Shown here piece by piece: positions 1-12,450 of a stretch of 64,000 nucleotides of DNA (its first letter is position 1; the number at the start of each line of letters is the position of its first letter). The stretch lies in assembly GCA_028534125.1 (NCBI GenBank), contig CM052817.1, forward strand, positions 10,914,001 through 10,978,000, written 5' to 3'. The notes under the pieces are model-generated. The model did not search any database. It had not been told where the DNA came from and worked only from the letters and a program-made list of their open reading frames with translations. This DNA comes from Lama glama (taxonomy: Eukaryota). Both the position numbers and the translations under genes were made by a program.

Positions 1-260
1 AGTTTCTTGTAGACGCCATATAGTTAAACATTGCTTTTGAATCTATTCTAACAATCTTTGTCTTTTAGGTTGTATGTTTAGACCATTTACAATTAATACA
101 AGTATTTATGTATTTGGATTTAATATTTCCATTTTATTGTTTGTTTCCTTTCTTTTTCTTTTTCTGTATTTTCCACTTCCTGCTCTTTTTTATGTTATAT
201 GAACATTTTTTAGTATTCTATTTTAATTTATACATTGTGTTTTCAGATATCTCTTTGATA
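1..260 (-). mobile_element. Old L1 (L1M-type) fragment
   Basis: T-rich sequence such as 'gtttcttgtagac..catatagtt...tttagaccatttaca' typical of antisense ancient L1. Confidence 0.55.
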
Positions 261-367
261 TGATATAGTCTCTAAACCATTTCCAGGATCTACCAGACCT
301 TCATACACAGATACATAAATCTATCATGCTTAGGGAGTGTTAGAGCATTTGAGGGTAAGGGTTATAA

Positions 368-780
368 GTTAGAGTGCTTTGATTGCAAGTAACATAAAAC
401 CGAACTTAAATTAACTTAAATAATAATTGGAAATTTCAAAGATGGGTCAGGTTTCATGTATAGTAGAATCAGGGCTCTCGATCTCCTATTTGCCTTTCTC
501 TCAGCACTTCCTGCCTCTCTGAATCCACCTTTACCTTCAGCTAGATTTTGTTTGTGGCTGTAAAAATTCTATACACTTTACTATCCAACAAAGCTCTGAG
601 CTTCTTTTCTCAGTATCATACAATCAAAGCCTTAGGCTGCACTCATATTGAGTCAACTTGAGTTATATACCCATGCCCTAGGCTATTAGGGACTGTCAAG
701 AGCATCTTCTAGATTTTATCTTTCACACAGTGTTAAGTGGGGTCTACATCCCACCAAATCTACACAATGGGAGATATCCT
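368..780 (-). mobile_element. MaLR LTR fragment (MLT1K/L-like)
   Basis: Begins 'agttagagtgctttgattgcaagtaacataaaacc', resembling the antisense MLT1K/L terminus. Confidence 0.5.
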
Positions 781-1944
781 TAAAGAGGGAGAGAGGCTGG
801 ATATTAAATATCACCTCGTCTTCTTCCCCCAAAACTCATTTACATGGAAATTATTGACACCTGAACCTCTGACACTCTGAGCTAATGGACTGCATGTTCT
901 TCCAGCCACTGCTTGCACATTCAGCGCTTTATTTTGGGGAACTAATCTCTAAGAATGTGATAGAGGGTTGTAATTTATCAGGCAGTCAGAGCACCCTGGT
1001 TTCATGTAAAGAATCATGCATATGTCTCTAATTGTTTTCCTTAATCCAACTCAGTAATCTTAGAGCTAGCTGGAAATTCATCTTAGATTCTAACAGTAAA
1101 TTATCTGTTAGAGCCCATATCAATTTTTTTCTGAATTTTTCAAAAGCTGAGACAGGTGATGATGGTCACTTCAATCAACTTCAAGAAATTTAAATTTCAC
1201 AAAATGTTATTTAAAATCCCACTATTTTATTTATCTATCTAGTTAATTATTCCATAAGTAAAATAAGAAACACATTCAATAAAACAATTTTAAACTGTCT
1301 CCTGTGAATGTGAATCAATTCTTGGATAAATAAAAGTATAGGTTAAAAAATAAATCAAGACCATATAATACAAACCAAACAAACAAGCAAACAACAAACG
1401 AGGTTAGTTACCCTTATTGTTGATAGTAATTGAATTCCCTCTAATTGAGCCTCAAATTTTGCTCTGAGCTTCCTGGCAGCCAAAGGAAAAATGGTCACAT
1501 ATTTGGTTACATCATTCTCAAGTATCAAAGTATACTAGTCCTTTAAAAGAATTAATTTTTTTCATAGAACTAAATGTTAAATAAATATAAGCCTATATAG
1601 GAGTTCTGAGCATTGTAGTAAAATGTCTTCCTTGTCAACATTCCTTTAAGAAATACAATCATTAAGCTCATCAGAACGTTTCTTATAGTGTGTTTCAACA
1701 TAAAATGAAATAACTGAAAATTATAATTAAAAATTACTCAATAAGGAGATTCTATGAGGGGCCAAATAATATGTGGCAAGTATGTGGCTGTCATGATTTA
1801 ATTTGATCTTAAGGCAAAGCTTTAAGTATCCTGATGAATACTTAGCCTCTGAATCTTTCAAATAATCTGTTTATTTCTTCACTCAAGCTTTTGATTGTGT
1901 TTTATGGTCTTTCATTCAATTCTTTCAACAACCTGAAATAATAT

Positions 1945-2170
1945 TCTTATTCCTCTAAATTGCATTTCAGGAAGTGGAAGCTCAGAGGAGTGAAATGGTT
2001 TGTTGAAGTTCAGACAGACAGCAACTGATTTGGAAGGGACTCAAATACAGGTGTTCTGATTCCAGATTAAGCAACTGCATTTGTTAAGTGCCTATTGTGT
2101 ACTAGGCAGTGCTCTAGGAGTTGGAAAGAGTTGGAAAAAATACAATCCCTGCTCTCAAAAAGCTGGCAGA
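1945..2170. mobile_element. MIR core followed by L2 3' fragment
   Basis: 'gaagtggaagctcagaggagtgaaatggtttg...actcaaatacagg' (MIR), then 'atttgttaagtgcctattgtgtactaggcagtgctctagg' (L2 tail, antisense). Confidence 0.55.
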
Positions 2171-4244
2171 AAAAATACAGATACATAAAGACATGATTTT
2201 CTGTAATTTAGCTGAAACCCTTTGAATTTCACTATACTGGTGTAATACCAGTACTAGTGGAATAGATGATTTAAGAATATAAGACTGTTGGATAAGAATA
2301 AATACTTCTGGACATCTCGTCCGGATCATGTTCTGTGTCATGTATATACACATGTTAGATTAAAAGGCTGGGGACAAAGAACTGAAAGAAACACAGATAA
2401 AAGGGACTGGAGGAATTATCATTTTATGGGGTTGCTGAGCCTCTTTTGGGAAAAAAAAGAAAGAAGATGGAAAGACATTCTATTTCTTCCCAGGATTATA
2501 AAAATAACTATTCTTGGGCATACTGTGAAATAGCATTTGGTGATAAAATGTGGTTCTCATGAGGAAAGGTTTTCGAAGGTAGGTGGAAATATCTTAGCCC
2601 AAATATTTAAAATCCTGAGAAGCTACTTTGGTGCTGGTGGAATCGGTGATGATATTACATAAAACAGTCAAGTCATGAGCACCCTACCCTGGAAATGGTT
2701 TGGTAGAAACTGGAAGAGTGTCTGTGAGGAGCCCCGGGAAGTTGATTTAGCATTAGTTGTTTTTGCTCATGGTTTACAAAATCATTTTTCAAGTCAAATT
2801 TCATGGGAAATTCAATATATAGAACAAATGAAAGGGGAATCACTCTAGTTGACTGAATCCAGCGTAGGGGACAAGAGTCCCACCCACACTGTGTCCCCAA
2901 CACCTCCTCACTGACCACACTTCCAGGTGATCACTGAAGCACTATTTGAAAACTGGTTCTGCCAACTCAGGGGGTCACTGCTCCTAGGAATCTACAAAGT
3001 AAAAGATAGTGGTTGCTTTTTCTCCTGTGGCTACTAAAGAGCACGCTGTTCACAGCCTAAAGAGAAGTACTAATAATTTACATTTTTTGGTCTTTTTCAG
3101 TTGGTCATTTCAGCTGTTCAAATGCAGACAAAGCAGACAGACTCTGCGAGCTATGATTAAAAAGAAAATAAAAAACAGCTCACAGTAATCACCCCTCCCA
3201 GGAAAACACCCAGCAATCTTCCAGCTACTGTAACAGTAATCCCAAACCCACTATAGCGTCGAATTGAAATATTGATTCTTCGGTTAGGTCTCCAACTTAA
3301 AATTCCAGAGCTGAGAGCTCCCCACCACACAGACCCCTTTCACAGAATCACATCACAGAGCATACAGTGTTTCCTTAACATTAAGCTTCCCCAGGCTTTC
3401 ATTTCAATTAGTCATAAAAAAAGATCAAGAAGGAAAGTATTGTCGGAAAGATTCCAGTCAGTGTTTTATTGCCTGAAACAGTTCTCAGGATTAACCATTT
3501 CACAGCAGACAGGAAATTCTGCAGAAAGAGCAATGCTTTTTCCTTACAAATACAAAGCAGAGAAAACACCTACTTTCCTCTAAGTGATTTATCCAACATG
3601 TTTGCATTAAGCAATCTCATTTGTGGCATTAAAATTTTTTGAACAAGCACCCAATTTATGCCAAGAAATTATCACAAATCCAACTTTTGCTATCCTTATA
3701 TTCTCATTTAGGTTCTAAGAGCAACAAAATCCCTTGACACTATTATCTCCTCTGAATACTAATTATGTCACTACAAGTCTGTGTCTGCTAATCTTCCAGA
3801 AATAACGTGAGAATTACTCGGATGCGATAAGAGCAGAATGAAATTAGAAACATATTTTGCAAATTTGTCAAAACTACCAGCTTTCTGAAAGTGGTAAAAG
3901 TACACATCCCAAAATTTTTTCATTAAAGGACAAATTACCCCAGTGAAGATAAATGATGATTCGCAATAGCATACATGGAGCACAGACCAGTAGTTAAAGC
4001 AAGGCCAACATTCTGTGGCTTCTTTTATCCTTACAAAAAATTTAGTTCCCAGGACCTAGGATTTTCATCTCAGAACACCAGCTTCAACTCCAGATAAGAC
4101 CTGTTTTAATCATGGTTAATGGGTTTGGTTCCTAGGAGAATAAGAATGAAGGTGAAAATCTCCTCTCCAGCAAGGAGGAGAATAAACTTGTTCCGGGGAC
4201 CAGGACGTAATCCTCCCCTCTGAGAGACAGAAAATGTTTCTTAC

Positions 4245-4327
4245 AGCATGCTGTCTGCTACCTCGTCAGTCCCAAATACATCTTGAATGTATGAATGACA
4301 GTATTGTTACACTCTGCTCGCCCTGGG
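4245..4327 (-). other. Candidate spliced exon (83 nt, probably non-coding or 5'UTR)
   Basis: Minus strand reads gattttcttgttttcag|CCCAGGGCGAGC...GACAGCATGCT|gtaaga; unique sequence; all three frames contain a stop; ends in ATG-CT. Confidence 0.35.
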
Positions 4328-4384
4328 CTGAAAACAAGAAAATCACAAACTCTTGTGCTTAGAGTAAACTTTGCCGTCATCTCC

Positions 4385-4480
4385 TTCTGCTGCCCATTGT
4401 GCAGATGTGGAAACCAAGGCCCGCCATGTTGCCAAAGGCACCCACATGGTCAGTAGAGCAGAGCCAGAAAGATATTCCCA
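4385..4480. mobile_element. MIR fragment
   Basis: 'cccattgtgcagatgtggaaaccaaggc...gccaaaggcacccacatggtcagtagagcagagcca' matches the MIR core. Confidence 0.6.
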
Positions 4481-5769
4481 TTTGTTTCCCACATTTCTGA
4501 TCAAGGCTCTTTCTTCTACTGTAGATGACAAAAATCCCACATCACCTTCAAAACAAAGTTTTAAGGATACTTCAGACGAATCTCCTTCCCTGCCTTGAGC
4601 CCACTGCAGTGGTCCAGAGTCATGTCCCCTCTTTCCAGATGCCAGGCTCCGGGGGTGGGGATCTCTGTATCCCAGTCTGGCCCAGTCTGATGTCTCCACA
4701 CTACTCCCAACCTTTTCAACCATGCTCAAAAGTCCTTTTTTTCTACCCTATCTCTGGCATTTCACCCCCCATCTTTGCTCTATAGCACCACTGAACTGCT
4801 CACACTGTGAGGGCATGCACGCACACACACTCACGCGTGCACACACCCAACGTCAGTTCACCCATGTGCGACTATATTTTTGTGGTCTGTCTTGGCTGGT
4901 AATACTCCACGCCATTGTCTCTCCTGTGACTGTTCCCCTTTCCTTGCACACTTCATGCCCCATACCCTGGATTAGGGACCTCTACTCGCTGCTCTCCTGT
5001 TCCCAGAATTCCATCATCATCCCTGCACTAGACTCGGATACATCACACAAGACCCTTACCTCGGTTTCCATGATTCAGTTCAACTTGTTTTGTCCCAGTC
5101 TTTTAACTGGGGAACATGCAGGCATCCCATGAAAACCATGTCTGTTAACTTACAAATATTGACACAAATAGGTGACAGGTAGCTAGGAAATGTTTAGACG
5201 GCCTTCATGCATCAATTACGCCTCTTTTTTAACTTGGTGAATTATTTTGAATGCAGTGCACCTGTGCTCTTTCTGCTCCTCTCCAGGAAGCAGAACAGAA
5301 ACTTACGACATAATTCTGTTTCTACCTTTTAAAATCTGATATTAGTTATGGACAACTGTGTTTTTCTTCAAAGAGTTCTATCACTGGGCTCATAAAATGT
5401 TGTATCTGAGAAGAATGAGATTCTTAATTGTGTTTGCAATGAAATATATGAATAAATAAATAGAAAGCATTAATACTGTATCAACAGCTATGGCTGTCTT
5501 CTAGAATCACGCGTGCGATGCCAAGTGCAGCTGGTTGTGTTATAAGTGTCTTTTTATATGTCTGTTTCCCACACTTGATTCCAGGCTAATTGCCTGATTC
5601 AGATTGTGTGGCCAGAGCCTGGCTTAGTATCTGGCACATGATAAAAACTCAATACTTTTTGAATGAAACATTTATGTAGTCCTAAACTCTCTGGAAAATC
5701 TTGGCTAGGCAGACATTTCCATTTCCCTATGAACCACTTTTCCTAATATTTCTTAACAAAAGTCAGTAC

Positions 5770-6170
5770 ACATTTAAATTCAAGTCATATTATATTACCA
5801 AAAAAAGTTTGTCTCCTATAACTTCCCCTCATTGCCTATGTAGGCCCTTTGATAGTGAAACAGAGTAACCCTAATGGCTATTCCAGATATTCAAAGACTG
5901 TGGTTATTCTCTGCCAAATCTGCATTTCTTCAGCCTAATATTTCCCTATTCTTCAGTCATTTTCACTTTAACTTATCTAAGCATAATCTTCAGGTGGTTG
6001 ATCTCCCACTTACGATGTGCCACCCAGGGTTGCATGTAGCATTGCCTTGAACATCTGACTAGATCCCAATTCAAAGGGATTGTCACCTCCTTTGATACTA
6101 AGGCTATACCTCTGTTAATGAGGTCCAATTTCATCAACTTTTCTAATAGCCACTAAACCACTATTATGTA
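5770..6170 (-). mobile_element. CR1/L3 LINE fragment (3' region)
   Basis: 'gggattgtcacctcctttgatactaaggctatacctctgttaatg...ttttctaatagccac' resembles the antisense L3 consensus. Confidence 0.6.
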
Positions 6171-6179
6171 TCATGATCT

Positions 6180-7140
6180 TACCCACTCTTTCCTCATTTC
6201 CTGTTTTAAGAAGAGATGTTCCTCCCATTGTTTAAGGTCAGTCTCTCCCCTCAATTCTTAACCCCATCTCATTTTACCTTTTCAAGGATTTCACACCACT
6301 GCCTACCACCTCTCTTACTTCCTGTACAACCTCTTCCTGTCTATAGTCTCTTCCCTGTAACTTTAAACATTCTAGAGTCTCTCATCTTAAAAACTAATAT
6401 GCATCTTCAATCTTCACCACTTCTCTAAAATTCTTTTACCAAGGTCACTAATGACTTTTGTTTCACTAAATCCAGGGGACAATTCTAGCCTTCTATTTTG
6501 ACTTCTTTGCTTCATTTAACACTGTTGACAACCCCTCCTTCTTAAAACACTCTCTCCTTAGCGTCCATGACATTTGTCTTTCCGGTTTTCCTTCTATCTC
6601 TGGCCACGCCCTCCCATTTCCCTCCATGGGCTCCTCATCCTCAACTCCTCCTTCAGATCTGTGTGCCCCTCAGGTTTGTACCTGCAGTCTCTTTTCAATT
6701 CTCCTTGAAAAACGTCATCACTGTCTGTTTTTCCAATTATCATCTAAAAATCTAATGTCTCTTAAATTCTATCTTTATTCCAGATCTTTCTCCTAAGCTT
6801 CAGACATCAAATAGGAAGTCAGTGCATGCTTCCTACTCATCATTGTGTGTGGATTTGCCACGAGCCCCTCCAGCTCAGCTGTGGCAAACTGACTTCCACT
6901 CTCCCTATTACTCTCTTCTCCTCTCGTCCTTCTTATCTCCCTAAAAGGCGAAATCAACCACCCAGTCTTCTCCAAGAGGCCGGGGGATGAGATGGGGTGT
7001 AGATACATACAACTTGTTGAACAGTGTTTCACTCACTGAGGTACAATTAGGCAATGGTTTTATTTCTGCTCCACCACTGAAGTCATCCATAAACCTCCCA
7101 TCCTTGGTCCTTCTTGGATGACATTTCAAGCACACTGCAC
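6180..7140 (+). mobile_element. L2 LINE ORF2 (RT) fragment
   Basis: 'accaaggtcactaatgac...ttttgacttctttgcttcatttaacactgttgacaac' is a degenerate KVTND...DLSAAFDTVDH L2 RT motif; C/T-rich. Confidence 0.75.
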
Positions 7141-7213
7141 GTCTTGGGGACCACTTTTAGTTATAAGAACAACCACATTGAGGTCTCTGGGGCTCACTTT
7201 CAGATCCAGGCAT

Positions 7214-7349
7214 TTTTTTAAATACGTTTTTACTGAAGTGTAGTCAGTTTAGAATGTTGTGTCAATTTCTGGTGTACAGCACAGTACTTCAGTCATATAA
7301 AAACATACATATATTCGTTTTCATATTCTTTTTCCCAGTAAGTTACTAG
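7214..7349 (-). mobile_element. Very short 5'-truncated young L1 3' end
   Basis: 'tttttactgaagtgtagtcagtttagaatgttgtgtcaatttctggtgtacagc' matches the L1 3' end at ~30380. Confidence 0.75.
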
Positions 7350-8589
7350 GTCCAGTCTTTTTTAAATCACAACTTCAATCTCTTCCCCAGGGTCAATCTT
7401 TTCCCCTTCCCTCACCCTACCCCCTCTCACCAACCCTCCTTAAGATGGAGCCTGACCCATGGACCAGGGATTTGCCCAAGAGAGGGAGACAAGCATGGTC
7501 TTGTCTTCTTTCTTTACTTTGTTCCTCTCTCCTTCTGCAGCTTCTGTGTTTCACTCCCTTCATCTGGGATAAGTGCCTTTAAGTCACAGAGTGACTCTGG
7601 GCCACCAGCCACTATCACTCGGCTTCACTTTGTTCAGAGGAAATGAGACAGTTGCAGGAAATGACCTCTAGGGGTCCTTCCAAATCTAATATTGCAAGAT
7701 TCTCAGATTCTCTGGCACAATACCAGTTCATTAGTCCACATTGCCTTGTATTTGAACTCCTAACTTTCCTGTTCATATACAAGCTCATAAAAAAAACTGT
7801 GCACCCATTAGGCATCTTTTTAAGTAAAAGCAAGACATGAAGAGGCTGTATCACTTGCCCTGGGAATTCCCAACAGTAACATCAGCCAACTGTCTTGTTA
7901 ACATTCTCACCTCTTGCTCCATCACTGAGGCTAGTGACGCATTTTTAATCCCATGTCACAAGTGGATCTCATATACTTTTCTTAAATCACAATCACACTT
8001 CAGGAAGGTAGGTTTTCAGCTTTACAATGTCCTTGGTAGTAATTGCTTCATTTGCCCCTGAAATGGTGACCCATGGTCTCATCGAAACTGTTTTTTTCCT
8101 TTTAAGTTTCTTGACTGTCATGTAATAGTTTGGCTGTTTTGAAACCATCCTCTAGTCTTATAATATATTTATGCTATGGGATTACAAATATGAGAGTGAT
8201 GTCATCGATCAAACTTTTTTCAGCAGTTGTGTGGTTTCAAATAATACTCCGTATCTAAGTGTTTTCTCTAATACCTTAAATCACAATCTCCTGTGTGAAA
8301 ACATATTTCACTCAAGGTGACAGCAATCACAAATTATAAACTTGTGTGCATGTCTGTGTATGAGAAAGACTTACCTTAATGTAATTTTAACAGGAATAAT
8401 GATGTACACAATGTAAAAGGACAAATAGTGGTCCCCGACTGCACCCTTCTCTATAAATTCAAGGCTCTCAGCGGCAGCATCTTTCAAATCTTTTAGCAAT
8501 TTCTTCTGGTATTTGATTCAGTATTTCTTAATAACATCTTTATAGCATTTATTCTTGATTGTTTAACTTCAGACATTATCTTTTGGTTT

Positions 8590-8985
8590 CTGAGTTAGGA
8601 TATATGTTTGGATGCTGTGACAGAGACTAAAATGGCAGTGCCTTAAAATAGAAGCTTATTTTTCTCTTGAAAAAATGGCAGAGCATCAAGTTAGAAAGAC
8701 TTTTATTCACCTGATCCAAGATGGCTTGTCACCATGACCATATTTCATCCAGTGGTACTGGGGAGAAGGAACTGGGAAGAACATGTTTCTTCCCCTTAAA
8801 GGCACAACCCAGAAAATGTATATATCAATTTCATTTACATCCTGTTTCCAGAACTCGTGTCAAGGCTCCCACAAGGGAGGCTGGAAACCCTGCTCTTTAT
8901 TCTAGGTGGCCACACCATCAGCTAAAAATTCTCTTTTTATGGAGGAAAACAACATCTATTGATGAGCAACTATCGATTTCTTCCA
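8590..8985 (-). mobile_element. MaLR LTR (MLT1-type)
   Basis: 'gagttaggatatatgtttggatgctgtgacagagac...ggctggaaa..ctgctctttattctagg' MLT1-like. Confidence 0.5.
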
Positions 8986-9028
8986 CAATTTCCTATTTTG
9001 GAAGAAAAATAGTTTACCCTTGTAAGTA

Positions 9029-9073
9029 ACACACACACACACACACACGCACACACACACACACACACACACA
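9029..9073 (+). repeat. (AC)n microsatellite
   Basis: About 22 AC units with one GC interruption. Confidence 0.95.
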
Positions 9074-9329
9074 TCCATCAACATGCATGTTTCATCCCCA
9101 TCTTCCCAACATAACTGCTATATCACAATTTTGGTTAAATCAATATTTGATGTTTACATTATGAAACATTATTTACAACTGAAGCATTAAATGGACTTCC
9201 TTTCTTGTACATCAGAACATGTACAGTATCTTAGCAATTACTTATATCTTACTTATATTGGTCTGCTGTTTCCTCAGTAAGGCTTAATAGCTTTAAAAGA
9301 GAATTATGAATTCCATGGATCTTCAGGCT

Positions 9330-10480
9330 CAACCCAAGGTAGCACTGTTCATGATGAAAAAGACAGGGAAAATTTCACGCAGCAAGGGAATGGTTAGACA
9401 ACTGTGGTGTTCTCACTCTGTTGAATATTATATAGCAGTGAACAGGGATGAAAAGCAGCTACATACAAGTTTTTTTTTAAAGTAAGTGTCAGAAGAGAGA
9501 AAGCATTTTTAAACACCTCAAACAATTGTGTTTAACAAAATGTGTTTAACAAGTTTAACTTATTTAAAAAGCTTTCTATTGTTGTTGCAATTGAACATCT
9601 TAAAAACCGTTAAATAATAAATACAAAATTTAGAATAGTGATTCCTTCTCTATAAATTATTCTGAGGAGAGAAAAAAGGGGGATAAGATTAAAAAAAGAA
9701 CACATAATTTATGGGTAATGCTTAAACTAAATATTTTGTGGTAGAATCATGGTATTCCTTATATTATTCTATTTAATAGCTTGTATAGATTATTTTATAT
9801 GTATCATATATTTAAAATAGATTATAAAAAGAAAAAAGCAAGATAGAAATAAAAATACTGGAAAATAATAGCAAGTAAGGTCAGATGTATGTTATCAGAA
9901 TTAAGGAATTTCTAGGATTCTTGTAATGTTCAAGATGCGTTTGAATAATATTGGGCTTTAAGCTAGATAAGCATGTTAAAATATTATGGGTAACAATTAA
10001 GAATAAAAGAAGCAAAGTGAAGGGCCTTCAAACCAGAAGAAGTCAGGAAAGAAAAAAAAAACATAAGAAGAGCACAACAAATTAAAAAAAATACCAAGTT
10101 AGAGGTAGAAATTAAACCAAATACATCAGCAATCACAATGAATATAAATGAACTATATTCATCAGTTAAAAGATAAAGATTTTTGGATAATAATTTTTTA
10201 AAAATCTAGCCAAATACTGTGTGATCACACTTAAAACAGAGGAACACACATAGGTTAAAAGTGAAAGAATTTAAAACTAGACAGCAGGAATGTATTAAAC
10301 CAAAAAAAGCTGCTTTCATGATATGGGGGAAAATAGACTTCATAGCAAAAAATTATTATTAAAGTTAAAGAGGATCACTACATCATAGCAATAATTTAGT
10401 TTACCTCAAAAGTATAATAACTATAGACTACTATGACCTAATAACATAGCCTCAAAATATACCAGGAAAAAACTGTCTGT
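9330..10480 (+). mobile_element. Old L1 (L1ME-type) fragments
   Basis: A-rich; 'aatcacaatgaatataaatgaactatattcatcagttaaaaga' resembles the start of the L1 ORF2 endonuclease; L1 3'-like segment at ~9340-9800. Confidence 0.6.
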
Positions 10481-10559
10481 GATATAGAACTATCTAACTT
10501 CTCATCTAACTTCCAGAAGGATATTATTTCAATCCTAGATACTTATTTGAACTCCATCT

Positions 10560-10960
10560 TTTGCCCCCAATTTGCCCCACCACACTCCACCCTGACCTGA
10601 TTTCTACTGTAGGCTGTTATCTCCAAGGTTTCCATGTCAGCTAGCTTTTTTGCTGGACCAGCCAGTGGAAAGGCACTTTTATCTTTCTCTACCAAATGCC
10701 GTGTCTCTGGCAACATCAGCATCTGCTACCTGGTTCCAGATTCCATCTGTTGATCCTCCATGATTCCAGGAATCCAACCTCCTCCCTTTGTTGCTACAGC
10801 CTAGGGGTGATAGTTGTTTCCTGCTGCTTCCAAACTCTGAGTTTCCTCACTGCTTCCTCTTTGGCTTTTCAGCCCTTCCACCACAAGGGTAACCAGGTAT
10901 ATGCCTACAATTTCTTTTGTTTCAAACTCTAAGAGTGATCCCTGTTTTCATGTTTGGATC
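10560..10960. mobile_element. ERVL-type LTR fragment (LTR33-like)
   Basis: 'agccagtggaaaggcact...cagcctaggggtgatagttgtttcctgctgctt' resembles LTR33-class LTRs from recall. Confidence 0.4.
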
Positions 10961-11134
10961 CCATATTAGTTTTCTATAACAAATTGCTGCAAATAAAGTG
11001 GCTTAAGACAATGTAAATTTATTATCTCAGAGCGGTATGTATCAGAAGTCCAGTGGATTTGATTTCATTCTCTGAGTCTCATAGGGATGAAATCAAGGTG
11101 TCAGCAGGGCTGCATTTCCTTTCTCCTTTTTCCA

Positions 11135-11875
11135 CATTTATTGAAATATAATTGACATATAACATTGTGTCAGTTTAAGATGTACAATGTGATGATCTGA
11201 AATATATTGTGACAATGATTACTGCAGTAAGGTTAGTTAACACACCCATCACTTCATTTCATTACAATTTTTTTACTGAGAACATTAAAGATTTACTCTC
11301 TCAGCAACTTTCAAGTATATAATACAATATCATTAATTATAGTCATCATGCTGAATATTAGATTCCCCAGAACTTATTCATCTTATAACTGGAGGTTTGT
11401 AACCTTTGACCAACATCTTCCCATTTTCCCCACCTCCGAGTCCCTGGCAACCACTCATTGTACTCTCTCTTTCTATGGGTTTAGCTGTTGTTGTTTTTTT
11501 TTTCTTTTTTAAGATTCTACACATAAATGAAATCATAGATTCATTGTCTTTCTGGGTCTGACTTATTTCACTTAGAATAATGCCCTTAAGGTTCACATAT
11601 GTTGTTGCATAATATAATATTTACATAGGGGAGAGGGTGCAGCTCACTGGTAGAGTGTGCACTTAGCATGCACTAAGTCCTGGGTTCAATCCCCAGTGCC
11701 TCAGTTAAAAACAAATAAATAAATATATAAATAAATAAGTAAGCCTAAGTACCTCCACTCCCAAAATAAATAAAAACAAATATGATATTTACATAATATT
11801 CAAATATATTTACAAAATACACATTATATATATAACATTCTCTTTATCTATTTACCCATTGATGGATACTTAGGT
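11135..11875 (-). mobile_element. L1MA-type 3' end interrupted by a SINE
   Basis: 'tttattgaaatataattgacatataacattgtgt...cccagaacttattcatcttataactgg'; ORF 11378-11596 gives an L1 ORF2 C-terminal-like peptide (MNLKGIILSEISQTQKD). Confidence 0.85.
11628..11778 (+). mobile_element. tRNA-derived camelid SINE (Vic-1-like)
   Basis: A box 'cagctcactggtagag', B box 'gggttcaatccc', (AAAT)n tail; 17-bp TSD aatataatatttacata (11611-11627) / aatatgatatttacata (11779-11795). Confidence 0.9.
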
Positions 11876-11959
11876 TCAGTAAAATTTCCACGCATTTTTA
11901 CATAGAAATTTGTTTTTTTTTCTAAGAACATCTGTTTCAGCTCAAGGGCAGCTGTCAGG

Positions 11960-12240
11960 GCAGTAGGACTTGATTCAAACCCAGGCTGTGTGTCCTTAGG
12001 GAATTCACTTAGAATTTACCTGATAGTTACTGTGAGCAAGATTGAGTTGATGCATGCAAATCACTAGGAATTGGGATGTAACAAGATCTTCATAAGTGAA
12101 AGCTGTTGTGATTTTCATTATTATTTAACCTCCCTGAGCCTTAGTTTTATTCTTTAAATTAAGTGGGTACAGTAATAACCATCTCATGGAGTGATTAAAT
12201 GATCATCCTGTATAGTACAGATATAACACATGTGGCACAC
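11960..12240. mobile_element. MIR fragments
   Basis: 'ttcaaacccaggctgtgtgtccttagg', 'tttaacctccctgagccttagtttt...gtaataaccatctcat'. Confidence 0.55.
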
Positions 12241-12450
12241 AATTTGTAAAAACTCACAGTTCATCCCCTCACTCCCTCCCTAGAAACCTCGCTTACAGAC
12301 TCACTAATTTTGTAGCTTATACTTTCACTAGAGCATTCACGGAGGATCTGTGATGGAGACAAAATGTGGCAGGGGTCAGGATTCGAGAGTTCTTTAGTGG
12401 ATCTGAAACTACCCTCCTGGGTGACTTTAGGCCAGAGGCTTGGCCTTTCT

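Noticed and set aside
11628..11700. tRNA-like sequence (also at 39108 and 58452)
   Set aside because: These are SINE heads with AT-rich tails (and TSDs in two of three copies), not tRNA genes
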